A stretch of 64,000 bases of DNA from assembly GCA_030584065.1 (NCBI GenBank), contig CP129489.1, positions 1,777,497-1,841,496 of the forward strand. The letters run 5' to 3'. This DNA is from Flavobacteriales bacterium (GTDB taxonomy: Bacteria; Bacteroidota; Bacteroidia; Flavobacteriales_F; PHOS-HE28). Shown here one piece after another: positions 51,576 through 60,483 of the stretch. The first letter of the stretch is position 1. The number at the start of each line of letters is the position of its first letter. Both the position numbers and the translations under genes were made by a program. The notes below the pieces were generated by a model that did no database searches, was not told the DNA's origin, and worked only from the letters and a program-made list of their open reading frames with translations.

Positions 51576-53162
51576 ATGCCCAAGGATATCCGCATCCGCC
51601 TGCGCCACTTGAAGCTCGAGGATTTCCAGAACCTGCGCGAGGCCATGGTGCAGGCCTATCCGGACATGGCCGGCGCCATCTGGCGGGAGGACCACATCCG
51701 CACCCTCATCGCCCGCTTCCCCGAAGGGCAGTTCTGCGTCACGGTGAACGGCAAGGTGGTGGCTTCCGCGCTATCCATCATCGTCGACTATGACCTCTAT
51801 GGTGACAACCATACCTACCGCCAGATCACGGGGAACTACACGTTCAGCACCCACGACCCGTCGGGCGATGTGCTTTACGGCATCGATGTGTTCGTGCACC
51901 CCGAGTACCGCGGCATGCGACTGGCGCGGCGGCTGTACGAGGCCCGGAAGGTGCTGTGCGAGCGCCTCAACCTGAAGGCGATCGTCGCGGGCGGGCGTAT
52001 CCCCAACTACGCCAAGTACGCGGATGAGCTGAGTCCGCGGGCCTACATCGAGAAAGTGCGCCTCAAGGAGATCTACGACCCTACCCTCTCCTTTCAGCTC
52101 AGCAACGATTTCCACGTGCTGAAGGTGATGAAGGGCTATCTGGAGGGCGACAGCAGCTCACGTGAGTATGCCACCCTCCTCGAATGGAACAACATCTACC
52201 ATGACCAGCGGCCCAAGATCGCCGGCCGGGCCAATGAGGTGGTGCGGCTGGGACTGGTGCAATGGCAGATGAGGCCCATGACCAACCTCGGCGCCCTATG
52301 CGACCAGGTGGAGTTCTTCGTGGATGCCATCAGCAGCTACCAGGCGGATTTCTGCCTCTTCCCGGAGCTCTTCAATGCACCCCTGCTCGCCGAGTTCAAC
52401 GACCTCGACGAGGCCTCGGCCATGCGCGGACTGGCGCGGTACACCGAACCGCTGCGCGACAAGTTCATCGACTACGCCATCCGGTACAATGTGAACATCA
52501 TCACCGGCTCCATGCCCCTGCTTGATGGAGACCACCTGAAGAACGTGGGCTACCTCTGCCGGCGCGATGGAACCTGGGAGAAGTTCGAGAAGGTGCACAT
52601 CACCCCGAACGAGGTGCAGTATTGGGGCATGACGGGCGGCGATGAGGTGAGGGTCTTCGATACGGATTGCGGCAAGGTGGGCATCCTCATCTGCTACGAT
52701 GTGGAGTTCCCCGAACTCTCGCGCCTGCTGGCCCTGCAGGGCATGCAGATCCTCTTCGTGCCCTTCCTCACCGACACGCAGAACGGGTATATGCGCGTGC
52801 GACGGTGTGCGCAGGCCCGCGCCATCGAGAACGAGTGCTACGTGGCCATCGCCGGCAGCGTGGGCAACCTGCCGAAGGTGGAGAACATGGACATCCAGTT
52901 CGCCCAGAGCGCCGTGTTCACCCCCAGCGATTTCGCCTTCCCCACCAACGGCATCAAGAGCGAGGCCACCCCGAACACGGAGATGACCCTCATCGTGGAT
53001 GTGGACCGCGACCTGCTGAAGGAGCTCAATGCCCATGGCAGCGTGCGCATCATGCGCGACCGCCGCACTGATCTCTACGACCTGAAGCTGCTGAAGAACC
53101 CACCGGCGATCGCAAGACCCGGCAAGGATGACCGTTCAATTCGGTCCGGTATCAGAAAGTAG
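51576..53162 (+). CDS. bifunctional GNAT N-acetyltransferase / carbon-nitrogen hydrolase (nitrilase superfamily) protein
   Basis: N-terminal GNAT fold (...VFVHPEYRGMRLARRLYE...); C-terminal CN-hydrolase with ...KVGILICYDVEFPE... (Glu-Lys-Cys triad region). Confidence 0.8.
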   Translation: MPKDIRIRLRHLKLEDFQNLREAMVQAYPDMAGAIWREDHIRTLIARFPEGQFCVTVNGKVVASALSIIVDYDLYGDNHTYRQITGNYTFSTHDPSGDVLYGIDVFVHPEYRGMRLARRLYEARKVLCERLNLKAIVAGGRIPNYAKYADELSPRAYIEKVRLKEIYDPTLSFQLSNDFHVLKVMKGYLEGDSSSREYATLLEWNNIYHDQRPKIAGRANEVVRLGLVQWQMRPMTNLGALCDQVEFFVDAISSYQADFCLFPELFNAPLLAEFNDLDEASAMRGLARYTEPLRDKFIDYAIRYNVNIITGSMPLLDGDHLKNVGYLCRRDGTWEKFEKVHITPNEVQYWGMTGGDEVRVFDTDCGKVGILICYDVEFPELSRLLALQGMQILFVPFLTDTQNGYMRVRRCAQARAIENECYVAIAGSVGNLPKVENMDIQFAQSAVFTPSDFAFPTNGIKSEATPNTEMTLIVDVDRDLLKELNAHGSVRIMRDRRTDLYDLKLLKNPPAIARPGKDDRSIRSGIRK

Positions 53163-53207
53163 TCAGCCCATCGTTACTTGCTCCATCCGATCGCATTGAG
53201 CGTTCAC

Positions 53208-54455
53208 ATGATCCGATCGGTACTCTTCTGCCTGTTCTGGCTGACGGTGAAGTTCAGTACGTTGGCCTGCACCGCCTTCAAGGTCTCCCACGAGAGCCGC
53301 ACCTTCATCGGCTGCAACGAGGATTCGTGGAGCATCAACGCCAACGTGCGTTTCGAGCAGGGCCGGGATGGCGGCTACGGCACCCTCTACTTCGCGAACT
53401 ACAACGGCCACCCCACGCGCGCCATGGCCGACCAGCTGGGCATGAACGAGGCCGGGCTGGCGTTCGATATCCTGATCGTGGAATACGGACCGGTGAAGCG
53501 GCGCACCAATATGCCCACGGTGGAGACCCCCGATGCCATCCGCCACATCATGCGCAGCTGCGCCACGGTGAAGGAGGTGGAAGCCTACCTGCGCACCGTG
53601 AACACGGGGCCGGCAGTCGGTCAGCTCTTCTTCTGCGATGCGCAAGGCGCTTACCTGGTGCTGGAGCCGGATACGCTATTCACCGGCAACGACCCGTGGT
53701 TCGCGCTCGGCAACTGGCGCATGAGCCGGTGCAGCGATCCCGGCACCATTCCGATCGCGCGCCTCCAGGCCGGCCGGCAGGTGCTGATGAACGGGGGCGG
53801 CACATCCTGGGAAGGCGCGGAGAACGTCCTCTACACCATGACCGCGTGCCGATCGAAGATGGGGGAAGGCACTCTGTACAGCGTGCTGTTCGATCCTGCC
53901 GAAAAGAGGGCCCACCTCTACTTCTACCACGACTTCAGCGAGCGTGTCACCTTCGACCTGAAGGAGGAACTGGCCAAGGGCGACCGTCGCGTGGACATGG
54001 CCTCGCTCTTCGGGCCGCGTCCCGAATATGATCGGCTGAAAAGCCACCTCACGCCCTTCCACCAGCGTTGGCTGTTCTGGGCCTTGCTGGCAATGGCCGC
54101 TGTGGCGGTCATTGTGGGCGCGGTGAACCTGGTGCAGCTCATCGGCCGAAGCGTGGCCAAGGTCCGAGGGCGGAGCGCCCGTTCGCTGATCACGCCCATC
54201 CTTTCAGGACTTGCCAACGCGACGGTGATCGGCCTGATCGGCGTGCTGCTGATGCAGGAAGGGGTGTACTACTTCGGGCTGGGCAGCGTGCTATCCGCGC
54301 TTGCGTGGGTACCGCTCCTCTTCATCACACTCAGCGGTCTTCACTTGTGGCGGACGAAGAGAACCAACGAGGCGGCGTGGCTGCGCATTGCGGCGATCAT
54401 GATCATCTCGCCGATGACTGCCGCGCTCGCCTGCTGGGGCATGCTGCTTCCATGA
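53208..54455 (+). CDS. Ntn-hydrolase (choloylglycine hydrolase / peptidase C59-C45-like linear-amide hydrolase) with C-terminal multi-TM region
   Basis: Signal peptide ending ...FSTLA followed by CTAFK (Cys as N-terminal nucleophile after cleavage). C-terminal ~120 aa has hydrophobic helices. Confidence 0.5.
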   Translation: MIRSVLFCLFWLTVKFSTLACTAFKVSHESRTFIGCNEDSWSINANVRFEQGRDGGYGTLYFANYNGHPTRAMADQLGMNEAGLAFDILIVEYGPVKRRTNMPTVETPDAIRHIMRSCATVKEVEAYLRTVNTGPAVGQLFFCDAQGAYLVLEPDTLFTGNDPWFALGNWRMSRCSDPGTIPIARLQAGRQVLMNGGGTSWEGAENVLYTMTACRSKMGEGTLYSVLFDPAEKRAHLYFYHDFSERVTFDLKEELAKGDRRVDMASLFGPRPEYDRLKSHLTPFHQRWLFWALLAMAAVAVIVGAVNLVQLIGRSVAKVRGRSARSLITPILSGLANATVIGLIGVLLMQEGVYYFGLGSVLSALAWVPLLFITLSGLHLWRTKRTNEAAWLRIAAIMIISPMTAALACWGMLLP

Positions 54456-54504
54456 GGAACACCGTTCCAAGGGCGCAGCAGCACTCAAGCGGCCGGACCC
54501 TTGG

Positions 54505-55089
54505 CTACCCTGCCCTGCGGAACACCAGCCCCAGCCATCCACGGTCCACGCGGATCTCCTGCAGCACGCCGTCGCGGTACACGTAGTGGTTCTTCTCCTT
54601 GTTGGGAAGCCGCAGGATGTACTCGCCCGGCGCGATGCGCTCCACGGGGCACTCGGACAGCTCGCTCTCCACGAAGACGCTGTCCTGGCCAAGCGGCTCC
54701 TCATAGTATAGCCGAGTGGTGGTCCACGGATTGGCCGGCAGCGCCGCGCTGTACACCTTGTCAGGGTGCACCACATAGAGCCCGCGCCCTCCGATGGCGC
54801 GGAGTGCGCTGCTGTCCCTCAGGGTCGCGCCATCCCGCACGATGGTATGGCAGCCGGTCACCCGCCCATCCACGTAGAGCGTGCGCACCACCGTGTTCAC
54901 CTCGCGCTTCCACAGGAAGGTGAAGTTGGAGCGTGATGTCATCGAGTAGGTCACGCTATCGCCCCGGGCCACGCGCAGCACGTTGATGGTACCCAGTTTC
55001 TTCCCGTTATGCAGGATGTGGAAGAAGCCATCCTGGGCCGTGCATGCGCCGGCCACGAGGAGCAGGCAAACGGAAAGCACGCGCATCAT
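54505..55089 (-). CDS. hypothetical lipoprotein/secreted protein
   Basis: MMRVLSVCLLLVAGAC signal; no motif. Confidence 0.4.
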   Translation of the reverse strand: MMRVLSVCLLLVAGACTAQDGFFHILHNGKKLGTINVLRVARGDSVTYSMTSRSNFTFLWKREVNTVVRTLYVDGRVTGCHTIVRDGATLRDSSALRAIGGRGLYVVHPDKVYSAALPANPWTTTRLYYEEPLGQDSVFVESELSECPVERIAPGEYILRLPNKEKNHYVYRDGVLQEIRVDRGWLGLVFRRAG

Positions 55090-55121
55090 CGGCGGGGAGG
55101 CGAGCTAAATATAGGCGTCCG

Positions 55122-55691
55122 CTACCGAATGCCCTCGTCGGGGAACACGAATCGGCTGGGGCCGCCCAAGGGATCCTTCTCCTCCTTCGGCTTGGCGAAT
55201 ACACGCTGCGAAAGGACCAGCGCGAGCACGCCGATCAGCGCCGTGAGCGCGCTTCCTGCGATGAGCCACGGATCGCCCTGGCCCTTGGCCACGGCCTTCA
55301 AGGCGCCCAACAGGCCCGATGCACCCAGCAGGTTGCCCCAGCCCACCCACTCGATCACCTGGCCCTGCCAACGGTAGATGCTCCAGCCCACGAGCAAGGA
55401 GGCGATGGGCACCAGGCTCAGGTAGGCCGTGGCCTGATCCATGCGGATCGCATCCTGCAGCACGGGCCGCAGCACGCGCACGGCTGCCGATGCGGCGATT
55501 GCCGCCATCAGGGCCATGTGCACGGTGCGGTACCGCTCGCGCGCCTGCTGCGATGGCCTGTAGCGCAGCAGTTCCGCGATCCGCTTCGGCCTGGCTTCGG
55601 GATGCTCCATCACCAGGGTCTCGAATACGGCCTGCTTGGACATGCCGAAGCCCAGCAGCTCCTTCGCCTTCGCTCGGATGGCCTTGCTCAT
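55122..55691 (-). CDS. hypothetical membrane protein
   Basis: Start chosen at MSKAIRAKAKELLG; three or four TM helices. Confidence 0.4.
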   Translation of the reverse strand: MSKAIRAKAKELLGFGMSKQAVFETLVMEHPEARPKRIAELLRYRPSQQARERYRTVHMALMAAIAASAAVRVLRPVLQDAIRMDQATAYLSLVPIASLLVGWSIYRWQGQVIEWVGWGNLLGASGLLGALKAVAKGQGDPWLIAGSALTALIGVLALVLSQRVFAKPKEEKDPLGGPSRFVFPDEGIR

Positions 55692-55789
55692 GGATGCGGC
55701 GAAGGTCGGTGGCAGAAGCCTGCACGGGCCGCCGCCGGTTGAGCGCGGCGGCCGTTCATCCATGCTCCGAGGGTTACCTTGGTGGCATC

Positions 55790-57241
55790 ATGCGGCCCGG
55801 CCCATTGCTCCTGATCGCCCCGTGCATCCTCGTCTCGCCATGCGCCATCGGCCAGGATTACTCAACGCCTGACCAGTACGGCTTCACCGTGGAGAGCGAC
55901 CTGGTGTACGGCATCGCCGCCAACTACCTGGGCGTCGCTGACACGCTGCGGCTCGACATCTACAAGCCCATCGGCAATCCCGACACGCAGCGCCCCCTGG
56001 TGGTCTGCGCCCATGGAGGAAGCTGGCTCGCCGGGTGCAAGGACGAACCCAACGGGATCGTGCAGCTGGCCCAGCAGTTCGTGAAGCGCGGCTATGTGGT
56101 GGCCAGCATCAACTACCGCCTCGGCTGGCACAAGGACGATTACGTGAGCGACCCCGTGGCGGGCTACCCGCCCTCCCTCTGGCCCGAGGCCTACCGCGCC
56201 CTTTATGCCGCCGACACCCTGGAGATCATGCGCGCCATCTACCGCGGCATGCAGGACATGAAGGGCGCCATCCGCTACATGAAGGAACGGGCGCCGCAGG
56301 ACAGCGTGTGCGTGGAGAAGGTCTTCGTGGCCGGCGAGAGCGCGGGCGCCTTCATCGCCCTGGCCACCGCCTTCCTCGACCGCGATGCGGAGAAGCCTGC
56401 CAGCTGCGCCGCCCTGCCCGATGCCCCTGCACCCTACTTCAAGTGCGCCAACCTCACCGCACTCGAATGCGTGGTGCGCGAATGGGAGGTGGACGCGCCG
56501 ATGCGCGCGCGCCCCGACCTCGGCCCCGTGGAGGGCATACTGAACCTGAACGGCAGCGATGCCCGCGTGCGCGGCGTGGCGGCCTTCTACGGCGGCGTAC
56601 CGCTCGATGCCCTTGCGCTTGACTGGATGCAGGGCCCCGACACGCCCTCGGTGTACCTCTATCACCAGACCTGCGATGGCGTGGTGCTCTCCGGCGCAGG
56701 CCGGCCGTATGCCACGATCAGCACGCATTGCAACCTGGGCGCCACGCCCTGGCACCATGGCCTTCCGATCATGGTGGGCAGCGCAGGCCTGCAGCAGCTC
56801 TTCAGCACGCTGGATGCTCCTCCGCCCCTGCTGGCCGATCTGCAGCCCTGCGATGCCTTCAACCCGGGCCTCGCCCTCTTCGAATGCGCGCGCTACGGCG
56901 ACAACGGCAGCTACCATTACACCGCCAACCTCCCGCTCCGCGCCGCCAACCTCAGCGGCTGGTGGGCCGCCATCGCCACGGATCCGGACGCCTGCCTGAG
57001 CACGGGCCAAGGTGAGCGGTCCGCCTCTCTGCCTCTTGCCTATCCGCAGCCGGCCAGCACGCTGCTCCATGTGCCGGACTGGGCCGGTGAGCCCATCCGC
57101 ATCCTCGATGCCGCGGGCCGCACCGTGGCCCGCATGCGCGTGCAGGGCGAAGCGGTGGATGTGAGCGGCCTGTCCCCGGGCATCTACCTCCTGCGGCGCG
57201 AGCGCGACGGCCTCGCGCTGCGGGCCCTGGTGCACCGCTGA
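55790..57241 (+). CDS. alpha/beta-hydrolase esterase/lipase with T9SS C-terminal sorting domain
   Basis: Signal peptide; HGGSW oxyanion motif; GESAG nucleophile elbow; C-terminal CTD ...LLHVPDWAGEPIRILDAAGR...GIYLLRRERDGLALRALVHR. Confidence 0.75.
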   Translation: MRPGPLLLIAPCILVSPCAIGQDYSTPDQYGFTVESDLVYGIAANYLGVADTLRLDIYKPIGNPDTQRPLVVCAHGGSWLAGCKDEPNGIVQLAQQFVKRGYVVASINYRLGWHKDDYVSDPVAGYPPSLWPEAYRALYAADTLEIMRAIYRGMQDMKGAIRYMKERAPQDSVCVEKVFVAGESAGAFIALATAFLDRDAEKPASCAALPDAPAPYFKCANLTALECVVREWEVDAPMRARPDLGPVEGILNLNGSDARVRGVAAFYGGVPLDALALDWMQGPDTPSVYLYHQTCDGVVLSGAGRPYATISTHCNLGATPWHHGLPIMVGSAGLQQLFSTLDAPPPLLADLQPCDAFNPGLALFECARYGDNGSYHYTANLPLRAANLSGWWAAIATDPDACLSTGQGERSASLPLAYPQPASTLLHVPDWAGEPIRILDAAGRTVARMRVQGEAVDVSGLSPGIYLLRRERDGLALRALVHR

Positions 57242-57285
57242 GCGCACCAGCTGGTCGGAGCATCCCCTGCGCTGCGCCGCCCCAT

Positions 57286-59265
57286 TCAGACGAGGGGCTC
57301 ACGCGCCTTCGTCGCCGGCTTCAGCCCCGTCACCTCCTGGATCTCCCGCTCGTCGAGCGTCTCGCGGTCGAGCAGGGCCTTGGCCAGGGCATCCAGCTGC
57401 GCGCGGTGCGCGCTGAGCAGCCGCGTGGCCTCGGCGTGGCATTCGCCGATGATGCGGCGCACCTCCGCATCGATCCGCTGGGCGGTGTGCTCGCTGATGT
57501 CCTTGCGCCCCAGCGCGCCGTAGCCGTTGCTGAGGTAGGGGTTCTCGCGCGCGGCCAGCTCCACCATCCCCAGCTCGTCGCTCATGCCCCAGCGGGTCAC
57601 CATGCGCCGCGCGATGCCGGTGGCCTGCTCGATGTCGTTCTCGGCGCCGGTGGTGCGGTCTCCGTAGACGATCTCCTCGGCCACGCGTCCGCCCAGGATG
57701 CCCACGATGCGTGCCTTGAGGAAGCCCTCCGTGTAATTGTAGCGGTCCTCGTCGGCACGCTGGTACGTGACGCCCAGGGCCTGTCCGCGCGGCACGATGC
57801 TGACGCGCTTCACGGGGTCCGAGCCGGGCACCAGCAGGCCCAGGACGGCGTGCCCTCCCTCGTGGTAGGCGATGCGCTCGCGGTCGGCGGGGTTGAGCAG
57901 GAGCGCCCGTGCCGGGCCCAACAGGACCTTCTCGAGGGCATCCATGAAATCGGCCTGCATCACCTCTTGGCGGTTCCGGCGCGCTGCCAGGAGAGCGGCC
58001 TCGTTCACCAGGTTCTTCAAGTCGGCGCCGCTGAGGCCGGGCGTGGCGGCGGATACCTCGGCGAGCACCACATCAGCCGCCAGCGGCACCTTGCGCGTGT
58101 GCACCTGCAGGATGGCCTCCCGCCCTCTCTTGTCGGGCAGGTTCACCACCACGCGGCGGTCGAAGCGGCCGGCGCGCAGCAGGGCCTTGTCCAGGATGTC
58201 CGGCTGGTTGGTGGCAGCCAGCACGATCACGCCGGTGGTGCTGCTGAAGCCGTCCATCTCGGCGAGGATCTGGTTCAGGGTCTGCTCCTGTTCCTGCGCG
58301 CCACCGAAGGCGGTGAGGCCGCGCGCCCGGCCGATGGAGTCGATCTCGTCGATGAAGATGATGGACGGCGCGTTCTCGCGGGCCTGCTTGAAGAGGTCGC
58401 GCACGCGGGCCGCCCCCACCCCCACGATCATCTCCACGAATTCCGAGCCGCTCATGCTGAAGAAGGGCACGTCGGCCTCGCCCGCCACGGCCCGCGCCAG
58501 CAGCGTCTTGCCCGTGCCCGGCGCACCGATCAGCAGCACGCCCTTGGGTGCCGCGCCGCCGAGCCGGGTATACTTCTGCGGGTCCTTCAGGAAGTCCACG
58601 ATCTCCACCAGCTCGTCCTCCGCATCGTCGATGCCGGCCACGTCCTCGAAGGTCACGCGCTTGTCGGTCTCCTTGTCGAAGCGGCGCGCGCTGCTCTTGC
58701 CCAGACCGGTGAGGCCGCCCATGCCCCCTCCCAGCGGGCCCTGGCGCATGCGCCGGAACAGCCAGATATACATGGCGATGATGAGCAGCGCCGGACCGAA
58801 CATGAACAGGAAGGAGAGGATCGGGTTGGTATCCTCCACGATGGGCTCGGCACTGATCTCCACGCCACGGTCGAGCAGCAGTTCCTCCAAGCGAGTGTCG
58901 GCGAAGGCGGGCAGGATGGTGGTGAAGTGCTTCACCTCGGTGGGCTTCCTGCCGCGTACATCCGCGGCGGTGGTATCCTGGGGCCAGGTGACGGGCGCGG
59001 TGAAGGTGCCGCTGATGGACTCGCCCTTGCCGTACACCTCCTTCACGTTCCCGCGCTCCACCTCGGCCTTGAAGAGCGTGTAGGGCACGGTGACGGGCTC
59101 CTCGGCGCCGCCTTTCATGAAGGAGCGCACGAACCAGATGTTGAGCAGGAGGATGATGACGAACCAGAACCACGAGATCCGCGGCAGCTGGGGCGGCTTG
59201 GGGAGGGCGTTCCGACCCGGTGGCTGCTGACGGGCGTTGCCCGGCGATGGGGTGTTGGCTGCCAT
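57286..59265 (-). CDS. ftsH: ATP-dependent zinc metalloprotease FtsH
   Basis: Two TM helices; AAA+ [17 protein letters not shown]; Zn site HEGGHA; 659 aa. Confidence 0.93.
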   Translation of the reverse strand: MAANTPSPGNARQQPPGRNALPKPPQLPRISWFWFVIILLLNIWFVRSFMKGGAEEPVTVPYTLFKAEVERGNVKEVYGKGESISGTFTAPVTWPQDTTAADVRGRKPTEVKHFTTILPAFADTRLEELLLDRGVEISAEPIVEDTNPILSFLFMFGPALLIIAMYIWLFRRMRQGPLGGGMGGLTGLGKSSARRFDKETDKRVTFEDVAGIDDAEDELVEIVDFLKDPQKYTRLGGAAPKGVLLIGAPGTGKTLLARAVAGEADVPFFSMSGSEFVEMIVGVGAARVRDLFKQARENAPSIIFIDEIDSIGRARGLTAFGGAQEQEQTLNQILAEMDGFSSTTGVIVLAATNQPDILDKALLRAGRFDRRVVVNLPDKRGREAILQVHTRKVPLAADVVLAEVSAATPGLSGADLKNLVNEAALLAARRNRQEVMQADFMDALEKVLLGPARALLLNPADRERIAYHEGGHAVLGLLVPGSDPVKRVSIVPRGQALGVTYQRADEDRYNYTEGFLKARIVGILGGRVAEEIVYGDRTTGAENDIEQATGIARRMVTRWGMSDELGMVELAARENPYLSNGYGALGRKDISEHTAQRIDAEVRRIIGECHAEATRLLSAHRAQLDALAKALLDRETLDEREIQEVTGLKPATKAREPLV

Positions 59266-60331
59266 TCCCGCGAAGGTATCGGCTCCGGTGCACGACCGCG
59301 GTAGATCAGCGCACCACCGCCGTCATCATCGGAACCATACCGATGCCGTCGGAGCCATCCCCGCAGTGGCCATCACCGCTCCGCCCTGCGCGCCCTCCCC
59401 TCGAACCAGAGGCAGGTGGTCATGTCGTTCATCACATTCAAGGCGGAGCGCACCATGCCCAGCAGGCGGTCCACGCCGATGATGATGCCGATGCCCTCCA
59501 CGGAGATGCCCGCACTGCTGAGCATGGTGGCCAGCACGGTCACGCGGTCCCAGGTGCGGAAGGCGTGCCGATCGACGCGGTCACAGTGGTCACCACCACC
59601 ATCACGATGGCCGGGGTGCCCAGTTCGAGGCCCTAGACCTGCGCGAGGTAGATGGCGGCAATCGCCTGGAACACGGCCGTGCCGCTCATGTTGATGATGG
59701 CACCCATCGCCACCACGAAGCGGGCGATGGGCTCGCGGATGCGCAAGGTCTCCAGCGCGGTGCGCAGGTTCAGCGGCATCTCCGCCCCGGAACTTGCGGC
59801 ACTCAAGGCGAGCCGCATCATGTCACGGCATCCGCGCAGGAACCTTTCGGGGCGCACGCCGCACCACCACGCCAACAGCACATTCGCCAACGCCAGCAGG
59901 GCCATGGCTAGCAGCACGGCGAAGACGTGAATGCCCAGCCCGCTCAGCGCATGCCAGCCCACCGACGCCGTCACCTGGCACATGAGGCCGAACACCGCCA
60001 GCGGCGCCAGCTTCATCGCCCAGCGGATGATCGTCATGCAGATCTCCTGTACGACCCCCAAAAGGTGGATCACCGGTTCGGCGGTGGTGGCATCCAGCGA
60101 CAGCATCGCAATGCCCGCGATGATGGCGAAGGCCACGATGCACACCATCTCGCCCGAGGCCATCGATGCCAGCGGGTTCTCCGGCAGCAGGTCGGTGAGG
60201 AAGCCCATGACCGAAGGCCGCACGGTGGAGATGATCGGCACCGCTGCTCCCGCGCTCCAACTCTGGGCCGCGAGCAGATCGCCGGGGCGCAGCCTGCTGG
60301 CCACGCCGATGCCGATAACGATGGCCGCCAC
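59265..60331 (-). pseudogene. sodium:dicarboxylate/amino-acid symporter (SDF/DAACS family) remnant: N-terminal ~120 aa missing, in-frame TAG, and a frameshift
   Basis: ...IAAIYLAQV*GLELGT... where family members have Y. The conserved ...GISVEGIGIIIGVDRLLGMVRSALNVMNDM... continues in another frame. Confidence 0.6.
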
Positions 60332-60483
60332 GTGAACGCCATGAGGAACAAGCCCCCCGGGCCCAGCCCCTTCGGTTAAGCAGGGGTCGCCACCACCTAC
60401 GATGCCCCGGTCACCGAGCTGACCACGGGGAGATCATGATCATCCGGATGAGCCTGATGAAGAGAAGGCCCGCTGGCGAAGGC

